From Octopus sinensis (Eukaryota): 27,771 bases of DNA. The notes beneath the pieces were generated by a model, which searched no databases, was not told the origin of the DNA, and saw only the letters and a program-made list of their open reading frames with translations. Positions 11,113 to 22,619 of the stretch are shown piece by piece. Within the stretch, counting starts at the first letter, position 1. Each line of letters begins with the position of its first letter. The stretch lies in assembly GCF_006345805.1 (NCBI RefSeq), contig NW_021827568.1, positions 1-27,771 on the forward strand. Reading direction: 5' to 3'. Position numbers and translations under genes: made by a program.

Positions 11113-11900
11113 GTATACCTTGTATGTATGCATGTACCCTCAAACATGCGTTCACACTAACACACACAAATATTCACCTTCACACACACACACTACATCA
11201 AGTATTTACTTTCCATTAAAAACCACAATTACCTCTGCCTTCGATGTGAAGTAATTAAATTACTACATTATTCTGTAGATTTCACCCACGGCCCATTGCA
11301 TTTCAATTGTGACTATATCTCGGTGTCAAATATGAATGCATCGTCTCCTATAAGAACCTACATCAGACGTGTATCCTTACAGATTTTATATTTCATTGCT
11401 TTTAACATCTTCATAAAGGTGCGCTTCAGAATATACTCTGAAGAATAAATCATGATACGCCGGTGAACAATGTTAAATCCGAACACCAAGCAGTATAGAG
11501 AAAATGGTAGTATAGATTCAAACTCCGATGTCGAATTAGGACTTATATCGAAAACAAAAAAATATTAATGAACACTTAATTAAAAATATGTTGTAAAAAA
11601 TTTTCTTTGGAACCTTTTACAGCAGTAATAAAAATAGTTACAACATTGGGATACATGCACGTATATCAAAGAAAGCATGAACATGTATGTGTATAGGAGC
11701 CAGTTTTGCCTTGATCATAACATTCAAAGTTTACATTTAGCAAATTTCCCACTAAAAATATTTAAATGGGAACTTTGTAAGTATTTGTAAATTTTAATGA
11801 GACATGCCTTAGATATTAATGGAAGTTTGTTCAAAAGAAAAAAATGAAATAAAACAGATATGTTTTTTAAAAGCTTGAAAGTTTTTTGTATCTATCGTGA

Positions 11901-12450
11901 ATTATTATTATGGCCGAATTCCAACCCGGGCCGCAGCAACAAAGTTCACACACCATACTCGGTCTAGCATCACCTTCTCGTGGCCAGTGTCCGCGATCAA
12001 CTTGTCGATGTAGGTGTGACAACGTTTTATTCTCCTTCCATCAACATCCACAATTTGGACATCTACAGTTCAGGTCGGCGCATTCTATGACCAAATAACC
12101 GCAGCCATCTTTTCTTTATCTTCTTCCTACCTTTCGGCAGGTCTCCATGAAGGCATACACTTGTCATATGTTGCTGCCATTTCATATTTAGGGACATTCA
12201 TAGCATCCTTTTGGTTCAAACATCTGGCCTGTTTGATAATTTCTCTTTTCTGTACCCATAATTCAAGGCACTTATTTAACAGTTGCAATGAACAGCTAGC
12301 TTGATATAGATTTGCCTCGGCAATTTCGGTTTCAGACTTTCTGTGGCTTGTGACAGAGTGTGTTCATGCTTGTGCCTTTTTGATCGTGATGCCTGCTTCC
12401 AAACTGCTCACACAACCACCTAAATACTTGGAGTCTTCAAGAACAGCAAC
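11901..12450 (-). pseudogene. Decayed 3' end of an RTE-clade LINE
   Basis: Minus-strand fragments EDSKYLG, KKAQA, AMNV, WQQHMT, LHGDLPK, LRLFGH, TYIDKL and MLDR occur in RTE RT/C-terminal order, ending in a (TAA)3 tail at 11901-11910. Confidence 0.72.
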
Positions 12451-12789
12451 TAAAATAAGGACTATACGAAATATATAGTGATATCTTTTGTAGACAGCGA
12501 GCACAATGTTTGCTGTACTTCCAAAAGCGGGGGGAATTGTCAGAATATAAACTGCTTAAAGTAAGACATTCTTCCACTCATACACTTTCAGCACAGTATA
12601 TGAGACAGAAAAGAAGAAGTGGGTGGAAAGGGAACATTAGAATCGACGTAGATCTCTCTGGCTGGTCGTCAAATTTGTATTGAAGTATAAGTGAGTGGTT
12701 CGTGAGGGACGACTTGAGGCAACATGTATTAGGAAGTTATCAAGATTGATTTGCACGATCGAATCAGCCTAGCATAGCAACAAAGCGTT

Positions 12790-12935
12790 GAGGGCCCTGA
12801 GACAAAAGTCATGAAATTGATTGAGCTGGGTCAAATGGCAATACGCTATACATGAGGGAATTAAAAGAATTTAATCTTTTTTCGTTTGGAAGGAGACTAC
12901 AAACGTCTTGACGAGCGATTTAACTTACAAAATTG
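12790..12935 (+). pseudogene. Decayed CR1-like LINE ORF2 C-terminal fragment
   Basis: LYMRELKEFNLFSFGRRLQ (from ~12846), then TYKI in another frame; cf. SYEERLKELNLFSLExRRLRGDLIxTYKI. Confidence 0.5.
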
Positions 12936-13879
12936 ACAGTATTCAATTTCAATACCATCAAAAGCAAGTGCTCTAGAAATGGCCATGAACGAATTTATGA
13001 GCTAACTATAGTCTGTTTGATTTGTTACATACATAGTTGCCAGATCTTTGTTTTTTTTCATTCACTCTCTTATCAAACATGACAATGCAGAACATGATGT
13101 GATGCTTTTTATTTCATATAGGAAATCGATGGGGCGGTCATGACCGGAAAACTTTGCATGTCCTGGAGTTAAAAATTATTAATGACAAGAAAAAAAAAGG
13201 ACAACGTAGAACAGAGTTTCTGCGTAGTGTATCAAGAGTAATTTGAAGGGTAATTTAGCTGCTCTTTCTAATCATAAATACAGCTTAATTTTTACTTCAA
13301 ATTATACTCGACATTTTTGCAAATAGAAAGCAACTTGATAAGTTGATAACGAAATCCTCGGTTTCTAGATACACGTTGGTACAGACGGGAAACTCTTGGA
13401 CATAAAGCTTTGATAATGGAGTCGCTCACTCATATCTTGCCTGAGACTAATACAATAAACAGCTGCAGAATCAACTGTTACACTAGCAGCATTGGTATTT
13501 ACCATTATAAATAAAATATTTCAAAAAACGCAATCATAAGACTTGAATTCAAAACAATTGAAGAATAAATAACAAGTAACCATTTTTTTTGCAGTTCTCT
13601 CCATAGACGTTGATAGTCGCCAGACTATGAAATCAGGTTTTATTGCATTCATTTCTGCCTTGATTTGATAATAAGAGAAACACATACACACACACACACA
13701 CACATAGTTACAAGTACTCTAGCATTTAAGCACATACCCACATATACACCCCGATATAAACACACCGGAATAAAAGAGAGCGCATAAAATTCCTTTCTAA
13801 TCAATTTTTCCGAATATTTAAATGGTGCAATGTTTGTTTGCTCTTTAATGTCCCTTACATATGAGTTGTAGTTAGACAT

Positions 13880-14247
13880 GGCTGTTCGACTGTGCAAACA
13901 TATAACACACACACACACGTGTTCATGTATGACCGTATGTGTATTGATGTATGCATATATACGTATGTACATGTGTATATATATGTATTTACTTTATTGT
14001 ATGTATCTGCATATGTGCATAATGCACGCGTATATATATGTATATATGTATATGTGTGTGTGTGTGTGTGTGTGTGAGTGTGTGTGAGTGTGTGTTTGTG
14101 TGTGAGTGTGTTTCTCATTCAACCTGTTGTTAGCCATTGTATATTTCCTGTGTCTCCTCTTATATTGTTTCAGTATTACATCCGCATAACGATCTCTGTT
14201 ATTGTATCTTTCCAAATGACCGAACAGTTCAATCGCAAGGAGGGGAA

Positions 14248-14284
<37 letters not shown>

Positions 14285-14322
14285 GACAGAGACAGAGAGA
14301 GAGGGGAGAGAGAGAGAGGGAG
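13880..14322. repeat. Compound CA/TA/GT and (GACA)n/(GA)n microsatellites
   Basis: Directly visible. Confidence 0.85.
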
Positions 14323-14650
14323 AATGACTTAGAATATCAGTTTAATAGAATATCAACTATATATTGATTTGGAAAACTGATAGGGTGGAAACGACTTTTC
14401 TCATTGGTTTGTTGGTCTTCATTATATTTGCACCCAGCCCAAACTTTATTGAACAAACTTATGATCAAAAGAATGTTGTTGTAAACCTCTCCATGCGTTG
14501 TTTTACTTTTTAAACTTTATTTTTGTAGGACAACGAATTTTTATCAATTTGCTTTATGTTTTAAGGAAACCTTGAGAAAAATAAAATATGATCCCCGAGA
14601 CATCTGAGATTTTATTACAAAGCAGTTTCGTAAAATATCCGATAGGATTG

Positions 14651-15036
14651 GTGGCAGCACTCCGTCGGTTACGACGACGAGGGTTCCGGTTGATCCGAAT
14701 CAACGGAACAGCCTGCTCGTGAAATTAACGTGTAAGTGGCTGAGCACTCCACAGACACGTGTACCCTTAACGTAGTTCTCGGGGATATTCAGCGTGACAC
14801 AGAGAGTGACAAGGCCAGCCCTTTGAAAATACAGGTACAACAGAAACAGGAAGTAAGAGTGAGAGAAATTGTGGTGAAAGAGTACAGCAGGGATCACCAC
14901 CATCCCCTGCCGGAGCTTCGTGGAGCTTTAGGTGTTTTCGCTCAATAAACACTCACAACGCCCGGTCTGGGAATCGAAACCGCGATCCTATGACCGCGAG
15001 TCCGCTGCCCTAACCACTGGGCCATTGCGCCTCCAC
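14651..15036 (-). mobile_element. Full-length tRNA-derived SINE with perfect 14-bp TSD
   Basis: Minus-strand head ggaggcgcaatggcccagtggttaggg (A box)...ggtttcgattccc (B box), CpG-rich. TSD atccgataggattg at 14637-14650 and 15037-15050. Confidence 0.92.
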
Positions 15037-15589
15037 ATCCGATAGGATTGATTTCATAAAAAATATTTTGACGGAGATGAGAACCTCGCTCATAAGACAT
15101 TCATGATTTCTGAAATGCGTTTGGTTAGGAAGGAACGATAACTGGTTGTTTGCTAATGTAGGGAGCAGCGCATGCGTAAGTGTCCACAACTGGATTTCGT
15201 TCTTGCAACAGAGTGGGTGCCACAAGAAAGAGTTAAATCTTTTGGTTGATTAATTCTACCACACAAGAACTAATGTAGTCCGGGTTGTTTGCATAATAAT
15301 TTTGTCTGCTTCATTTTACTTTCAAGCTTAAATACTTATTTAGATACGCACGGATACCACAGATGTAATAAAATTTATAATGCACTGAGAACCTTCGGTT
15401 AACGTTGAATATCCATGGAATTTAGTAACGGAAACACTCTTTTGCTTTTTCAGCTCTATTATCTCTGGGGACATTTTTTATGAAACCGCTTGTCAGCTTT
15501 GATCAAGCAGATTTCCTATGATCTTTCGCATTTCAACGAACGTTGTTTTATTGTTTTGCTTTACACACATGATATATCTGAGACTACAT

Positions 15590-15742
15590 TTAGTCTGCCT
15601 TTACGTTCTGAGTTCAAATTCCATTGAGGTCGACTTCGTTTTTTATATTTTCGGGGGTCGATAAAATATGTACCAGTTGAACACTGGGGTCAATGTAATC
15701 CTCCCTAGAAAATGCTGACCTTGTGCCAAAATTTGAAATTAT
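15590..15742 (+). mobile_element. 5'-truncated SINE related to 20471-20700 with a different tail
   Basis: tacgttctgagttcaaattcc..gaggtcgactt..ggggtcgataaa..gtaccagtt..cactggggtc matches 20535-20625; tail is cttgtgccaaaatttgaaa. Confidence 0.8.
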
Positions 15743-16616
15743 TGTATTTAAGACTCCTTGATCTAATGGTGCTGTTGAAATTGCATTTAAGTCAATGTCA
15801 TTTTATAGAAAGGACTTTATATCGAATTTATTTTTCAAAGAATATTTTGCGAAAAATACTATTTTGTAGAATTTTACTGATTTAGTTAATCTTTCTCTCA
15901 AATCATAAAAGGCAGTTCCGAGTAAAAGTTTGAAAAAGTCTCGCAATAAAGTCCATCCTCATAAAGTTTTAATTCTAAAACAATGTCTTAAATTACACAA
16001 AGTAATTAAATAATATCACGTTTTGAATCTAACGATTCTAAAAACCAAATTTCATTTAACAATTCATCTTTGAATCATCACTTCCCTATTGAATCTTGCT
16101 CTAATTCCTGGCCCCAAATTGAAGCTTAAAAGTAAGGAAGGCCTAAAACCTATACCATATACATAAGCACTATCCCTAACTCTAATACAAGTGTAAACCT
16201 GAATATGTACACCCTGACCACAGACTTCTAAATCCTTCCTCTAAACATCTATAAGCCGACACTTAGCCCTAAACGCTAAAAGTACTCTTATAATTAAGCA
16301 CCTATTTTTTCTGTATCATGATCTTAGATGATTAAAATTGGAATGAGAATTATGGTAACTAGTTTCAAAAACGCCATCACTTGGATTCTCATCGGTTTCT
16401 TAGCATATCTGACCGTTGAGTTCCTTTAGCGGAGTACAATGCTCTGCAAACATTCCAATAACTTCCTTCCGTTGATCAGACAGTTGTGGAGATACTGAAA
16501 GGGGTTATAGGGATTTCTTAACCGCTTGACATTGAGTTATCGTGAAGACAAATGAACAAATCATGTGGTCTGCGTTATCTGGCCCGAAGAATACAAATGT
16601 CTAAGAATCTTATATT

Positions 16617-16762
16617 CCTCCGATGCCAACCTTGCCTTCCCCACCTTTCATCTTATCGGGATCGATAAAAGAAATACCACTCAAGTACTGGGGTCGACTT
16701 AAACGATTTATTCCCCACCCCGCACTTGAGTTTGCTGGCTTTGTGCCAAAATTTGAAACTTA
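16617..16762 (+). mobile_element. Older diverged SINE fragment, same tail as 15590-15742
   Basis: cctttcatc..tcgggatcgataaaa..tacc..tactggggtcga and tail ctttgtgccaaaatttgaaac. Confidence 0.65.
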
Positions 16763-17229
16763 AATTATAAACTGTATTAATTTATTGCATTATATTAATA
16801 ATATGTAATAGAAACAAAATATCCAAAATATAAGATAAATAACAAACGATTAAAATGTCCCTAATAATTAACATACAAAATTTTTCTCCGTTTTGGGTAT
16901 TTAAGAGATAAACGTTTACCTGGCGCCAATTAAATTCCAGCAATAAGATGAAACATGCGGATACTGTCTCGGGAATGAAAGTCCCTTATGTACAATGTGT
17001 GCGAAATTCCAACATATACTGTATTCGTACATTAGGATCCGTATGCATTAGTTGTTTCGTCAATTACAGACTCACGTTTATAGCCTAATCAAAACTAGTT
17101 CTTATTTTTAGGCAACAGTTAATATATCTTTTGTCGGGTGCACATAGTGATCAAGCAGAAATGAATAAATAAATACACTCAGCCGCGATGATTAATATAC
17201 ATATATATATATATATATATAAAGCGAGA

Positions 17230-17302
17230 GAGGAAGAGAGAGAGGGATAAATAGATAGATAAATAGGTAGATAGATAGATAAATAGATAGATATATAGAT
17301 AA

Positions 17303-17336
<34 letters not shown>

Positions 17337-17439
17337 GGATAGGATAGATAGGTAGATAGGTAGATAGATAAATAGATAGATATATAGATAGATAGATAAA
17401 TAGATAGATAGATAAATAGATAGATATATAGATAGGTAG

Positions 17440-17505
<66 letters not shown>

Positions 17506-17507
17506 TA
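17230..17507. repeat. ~280-bp interrupted (GATA)n array
   Basis: Directly visible. Confidence 0.95.
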
Positions 17508-17690
17508 TCAGAATGCAAACCTCGGTCTCGTGAGAAAATATGGTAAGTACTTTTATTTTTCATTCCCTTCGAAATTCCCCCTAACCATGGTTTGCATCCT
17601 AACTGTTCCTTCTAGCATGCTAGGTTTCCTGTTGATGTCACTTCTTTGCGTTAAATGCTCACTACTTTCCTAACACACACACACACACAT

Positions 17691-17770
<80 letters not shown>

Positions 17771-17816
17771 TGCATATATGTTTATCTCTCTCTCTCTCTA
17801 TATATATATAATATAT

Positions 17817-17866
<50 letters not shown>

Positions 17867-17919
17867 ACAAAGAAGTTTGAAAACGCCACTATATAAGATA
17901 AATTTTAATTTTCTTAGAA

Positions 17920-17967
17920 ATTTTACATGTTTCGGTTCTTCATGAAAAGACGAACCTTATCAAAAAT
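17920..17967 (-). ncRNA. Degenerate minimal type I hammerhead motif
   Basis: Minus strand: ATTT-TTGATAA-GGTTC-(13 nt)-GAACC-GAAA-CATG-TA-AAAT. Perfect 5-bp stem II, palindromic ACATGT, GUA triplet and 4-bp stem I. The core has two transitions from CTGATGA. Confidence 0.5.
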
Positions 17968-18161
17968 ATTTTAAAAAGTTAAGTGTAATAAAAATGATCA
18001 TAATTGTTTCTTAATGGTTACAACAGAATCCACGTTGTTGTTTTTAGCTGTCTTATGTGTCCGAATGACCAGCGGCTGAAAAGGCAGTAGCAGCAGTGAC
18101 TGTTGGTCGTAGTAGTAGTAACCGTGGTGGTGGTTGGGGTTGAAGCAGGTTAGCTGTGGCA

Positions 18162-18230
<69 letters not shown>

Positions 18231-18321
18231 ATATTTCGGAATGGTCATATTGCCAGTTTAGCCAATATCTGTTTCAACACACGACTTCACATAAAAAATC
18301 TTGCACAACAAATATTTAAAC

Positions 18322-18358
<37 letters not shown>

Positions 18359-18359
18359 A

Positions 18360-18630
18360 GTATTTAACATGTCTGTACACACAATCATTATAAGGTCATC
18401 TCTGTGGATAGAGTGTCTGAGAGAAATACTCCTTATAGACAATGTTTGTGAAATCCCGTTACTGAGCCATCCGTTGGATAGGGGCTGCTGCATCATTACA
18501 ATCCATAACCCCTTTTCTTCTTCGAACATCCTGCATATAGAATATTTCATTTTCGTGATTTCATCCACACCAAAGGTCGTTCGTCCGATTGTATACGAAC
18601 GTTTCAATACAACTGTACACATTTCTATAT
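18360..18630 (-). pseudogene. Possible decayed GIY-YIG (Penelope-like) endonuclease remnant
   Basis: NVYSC...Y/IGRTT...KMKYSI with one frameshift resembles VYxxxC...YIGxT.R...EHxxxI. It lies upstream, on the same strand, of the hammerhead at 17920-17967. Confidence 0.22.
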
Positions 18631-18647
18631 TGTTTTATCACTGTTTA

Positions 18648-18900
18648 TAAATGTTCCTTCTCGAGCCATGCCAGGCTCATAAGGGCCGGTTTCCCAGTTT
18701 TGGTGGCGTAGAAATTCCCCAGCTGGACGGGACGTCGGTCCGTCGCAGGATTAGTAATTTTTGTCAGCTGAATGGGCTGGAGCAACGTGAAAATGAAGTG
18801 TTTTGCTCAAAAACACAACGCATCGCCCGGTCCAGAAATCGAAACCACAAGCTTACGATCATGAGTTCAACACCCTAACCACTAAGCCACGCGCCCCCAC
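18648..18900 (-). mobile_element. Full-length tRNA-derived SINE (V-domain-like body) with 13-bp TSD
   Basis: Head gggggcgcgtggcttagtggttaggg..ggtttcgattt; body cctgcgacggaccgacgtcccgtccag resembles the V-SINE conserved block. TSD ttatcactgttta at 18635-18647 and 18901-18913. Confidence 0.9.
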
Positions 18901-19959
18901 TTATCACTGTTTAGTTACACCTAATTAGTGAAAGAGGAATATGTTGGAAACAGAGAATAATCGATTGAATTGTTTCTTATAATTGACTGTCACTTAACTT
19001 TTCGCCGGAGGTGAGGAATAAAACGTTGCCTGTGTTATCGGCTCAGTTTAAATCCAGAAATGCGGTTTCGGATCCTGGTCAGCAAACACATTATATTAAC
19101 ATATTGCTATTCGGTGTAAAATTTGGATTCCAACTCAAGCCACATTCAGAGAATGGGAGGAGAGATATGTCTATATATTCTTTTATTTATCCTTCCAAGG
19201 ATAAAAAGCTAAATTTGATAGCGTTACGCTTCGAAACCCAAAGAAACAAAATCGAATACTCCACTACAAAAGCGATCAAAACGTTTTCAAATATTTGAGT
19301 GTCAGTTTATTTTTCATCACCTTTTGGTAAGATGAAGGAAGACATTCGATGAGGGACGAATTTTAAGATAACAAACAATGGCACATATATTATTTTGGGA
19401 TGGTAAGTAGGTTATGCAACAGTTGATTAAACACAATCCCAGGAATTATTATAATTAATCATAATTAAATCTCAGAATGAGATTGAAACAGTAATCGCTC
19501 GATAATGTAAAGTATAGAAGCCATCTTATCATGGCTAACCACATTGGGGAGGGGGTGTTACTGTAGCTTTATAGCCCCAAGAGATCTTCGTCTCAAGCTG
19601 GCTTTAGACACAATATCAGTGTCCTTGGAGTATTTGCAAAGGGAGGCCATCCCTTCCTCGCAAGCCTGAGTGACTCGCTCGAACTAGTTTCGGGATTATT
19701 GTCCCTCGTCAACTGGCGGTAACCACCAGGTAGCGATGAAAGTGAAGGCTTATTTTAATATTTTCAATAAAAGAAATAATGAAAACAAAAAGAGCCCACT
19801 CGACGGAAGGAAATTCGAATATAATGTTGGCAAAAGGTTGAACTGCTCGAAAGGGATGGAGGGGGAGAGTGTTGCAATCTCTGTCAGAGATGATGGAAAT
19901 TGACAGATACTCTGGTTTTATTAACCCTTCGACTCAGAGAAGAACAAAGATTTTAAATC

Positions 19960-20114
19960 GCATAGGTCCAACTGGGGTTGTGTGCTAGCCTATCACATGG
20001 TTCTAGGTTCAGTTCCACTGCTTGTCATCTAAGATAAGTGACTCCCACTATAACCCCTGGCTCGACATTTCCTTAAAAGTGGATCAAGCTGACAGAAACT
20101 GCAAGAAGCCAGTC

Positions 20115-20153
<39 letters not shown>

Positions 20154-20173
20154 CATACATATATATATATATA

Positions 20174-20207
<34 letters not shown>

Positions 20208-20415
20208 GATTGTGTGTGTGCGTGTGTGCGCATGTACGCATGTGTGTGTGTGAGTGAGTGTGTATGCTCTTATATTTTGTTTGTCCCTACGTCCTCGCAA
20301 CTTAGCGAATCAGCAATTGGACCAAAATATGTTTTAGGACCAATTTCTTTTCAACTAAAACCTTTCAAGTATTTGGTTGACCCAGCATGGATGTTGTCCA
20401 ATAGCTGACACAACC
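19960..20415 (+). mobile_element. Old diverged SINE, same family as 2587-2987, with expanded internal microsatellite
   Basis: cacatggttctaggttcagttccactgc..gaaactgcaagaagccagtcgtata, then tttgtccc..cttagcg..ccagcatgg, collinear with 2587-2987. Confidence 0.7.
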
Positions 20416-20470
20416 AAACGATTCAAAATAACAAAATTATAACAATATTAACTATTTCGGCACATAGACG
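20206..20470 (+). repeat. Direct repeat copy 1 (~265 bp)
   Basis: Near-identical to 20724-20998; about 8 substitutions, 2 single-base indels and a GT length difference counted by eye. Confidence 0.92.
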
Positions 20471-20697
20471 ATGGCGAGCTGGCAGACACGTTAGTGCGCC
20501 GGGCGAAATGCTTAGCGGTATTTCGTCTGTCGCTACGTTCTGAGTTCAAATTTCGCCGAGGTCAACTTTGCCTTTCATCCTTTCGAGGTCGATAAATAAA
20601 GTACCAGTTTCGCACTGGGGTCGATGTAATCGACTTAATCCCTTTGTCTGTCCTTGTTTGTCCCCTCTATGTTTAGCCCCTTGTGGGCAATAAAGAA

Positions 20698-20700
<3 letters not shown>
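20471..20700 (+). mobile_element. Full-length, young-looking tRNA-derived SINE (Nin/Deu-like central domain)
   Basis: ggcgagctggcaga..gttagtgcg (A box), gagttcaaattt (B box), gaggtcaactttgcctttcatccttt.gaggtcgataaa..agtacc central block, tail gggcaataaagaaata; CpGs are retained. Confidence 0.9.
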
Positions 20701-20723
<23 letters not shown>

Positions 20724-20728
<5 letters not shown>

Positions 20729-20998
20729 TGTGTGTGTGTGTGTGTGCGTGTGTGCGCATGTACGCCTGTGTGCGTGTGAGTGAGTGTGTATGCTCTTATA
20801 TTTTGTTTGTCCCTACGTCCTCGCAACTTAGCGAATCAGCAAGTTGGACCAAAATAAGTTTTCGGACCAATTTCTTTTCAACTAAAACCTGTCAAGTATT
20901 TGGTTGCCCCAGCATGGATGTTGTCCAATGACTGACACAACCAAACGATTCAAAATAACAAAATTATAACAATATTAAACTATTTCGGCACATAGACG
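20724..20998 (+). repeat. Direct repeat copy 2
   Basis: Same sequence as 20206-20470; both copies end in ttcggcacatagacg. Confidence 0.92.
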
Positions 20999-21429
20999 TT
21001 AATGGGTGAGTCGCGGCAGTCATTAATTAAAAACTAAAGTGTCTCTGTTTATGAGTTCCATCTTGTTATGACTCTCGACTCCTTGGAGGATGAAAACGAC
21101 GGACTTTGACGCAAATTTATCTTAGTAACCATAGGCACAGCAAAATATCATGTACGTAGAATGTACGAACACTAAGCTCAGCTTACAATTTCCGACATTG
21201 TCAACATTTCCTGGTAAACATTAAAATACATTCGTGTATTTAGAATAGAAATAAATAAACATATAAATACGTAGAGATTTTTTTTTTTCCAAATCACTTA
21301 GCTTTCCTGAATAGATTTTTAGATTCCTTTCATTCCTTTTCTTAAAAGGAAATTGAGAGTAAAAAACGTGAAGAACGAGGAAGTCACAATACACATTGTA
21401 TTGTAGAAGTGTGCGGTAGCAATTATATA

Positions 21430-21506
21430 TACACACGCAAATATATATGTTTATATATATATATATATACGTGTAGATATGCTAATATATATATATATAT
21501 ATACAT

Positions 21507-21551
<45 letters not shown>

Positions 21552-21569
21552 CATACAAATATATAATAT

Positions 21570-21619
<50 letters not shown>

Positions 21620-21772
21620 TATATATATGTATATAAAAGTGCCTATCGCAATATATATATTTTAATATACAATCATATACACACATATATACATGCTTAT
21701 ATATATATATAAACATATATATATGTATATATATGTATATATATATGTATATGTATATATATGTATATATAT

Positions 21773-21838
<66 letters not shown>

Positions 21839-21880
21839 TGTGTGTGAGTGTGTGTGTGTGTGTGGTGTGTGTGTGTGTGC
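21430..21880. repeat. Long (TA)n/(TATG)n/(GT)n compound microsatellite
   Basis: Directly visible. Confidence 0.92.
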
Positions 21881-22249
21881 CTACGTATGTATGTCATCTT
21901 CTACGGAGCGGGATGTACGTTTGTGTATGGTATGGTTAATTGCACACATTTCTGCTGTCTCTCAAAATATATTGTGCATGTCTGCGTAAGACAATATCGG
22001 CGTGCTTGAGAGCATGTGTCTATCCGGTTTATGTGTGAGTGTGTGCGTGCGTGTGCGTGTATGTTTGTGTGTGTTTGTGTGTGTGTATGTGTGTGAGTGT
22101 GTCTGCGTCTGTGTCCTCGTACGTGTCGGCAGATACAAAGCTAAAGCTAACATACCCCTGGCTTTAAAGCGTCGAGATTATATACTGAAACGTATGAAAT
22201 GAATCCCCACCAACACTGCCAACCATATTAGCATCGATATTACCCCTTC

Positions 22250-22516
22250 TCCTTCTACTTCTTCTTCTTCTACTACTACTACTACAACTACTACTACTAC
22301 TACTACTGCTACTACTACTACTACTACAAATACTACTAATACTACTACTACTACTACAACAACTACTACTACTACAACAATTACTACTACAACAACTACT
22401 ACTACTACAACAATTACTACTACAACAACAACTACTACTAATACTACTAATACTACAACAACAACAACTACTACTACTACTACTACTACTACTATTACTA
22501 CTACTACTACAACTAC

Positions 22517-22552
<36 letters not shown>

Positions 22553-22580
22553 AACTACTACTACTACCATTACTACTAAT
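22250..22580. repeat. ~310-bp interrupted (CTA)n array preceded by (CTT)n
   Basis: CTA units with CAA/ATA/ATT variants; source of the poly-Val ORF. Confidence 0.95.
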
Positions 22581-22619
22581 CTCGCTACAGCTACCGCTGA
22601 CGCATTATACTAGGATTGC

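Noticed and set aside
11420-11480. cttcag..ctgaag hairpin and CTGAAGA box
   Set aside because: No GAAA box or consistent stems.
13125-13175. ggggcggtcatgaccg...ggagttaa resembling a DNA transposon end
   Set aside because: No matching second terminus in the window.
14990-15036. SINE heads (here and at 2588, 18850, 20471) as tRNA genes
   Set aside because: A/B boxes are present but there is no complete cloverleaf, and they continue into SINE bodies with TSDs.
16140-16290. Scattered ccctaa-like words suggesting an interstitial telomeric repeat
   Set aside because: Too sparse and degenerate to call.
17508-17547. Donor-like atg|gtaagt
   Set aside because: Upstream is (GATA)n with no polypyrimidine acceptor; an isolated hexamer.
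19210-19245. ttgat-AGCG-tta-CGCT-tcgaaac hammerhead-like hairpin
   Set aside because: Core is incomplete, there is no NUH triplet and no stem I.
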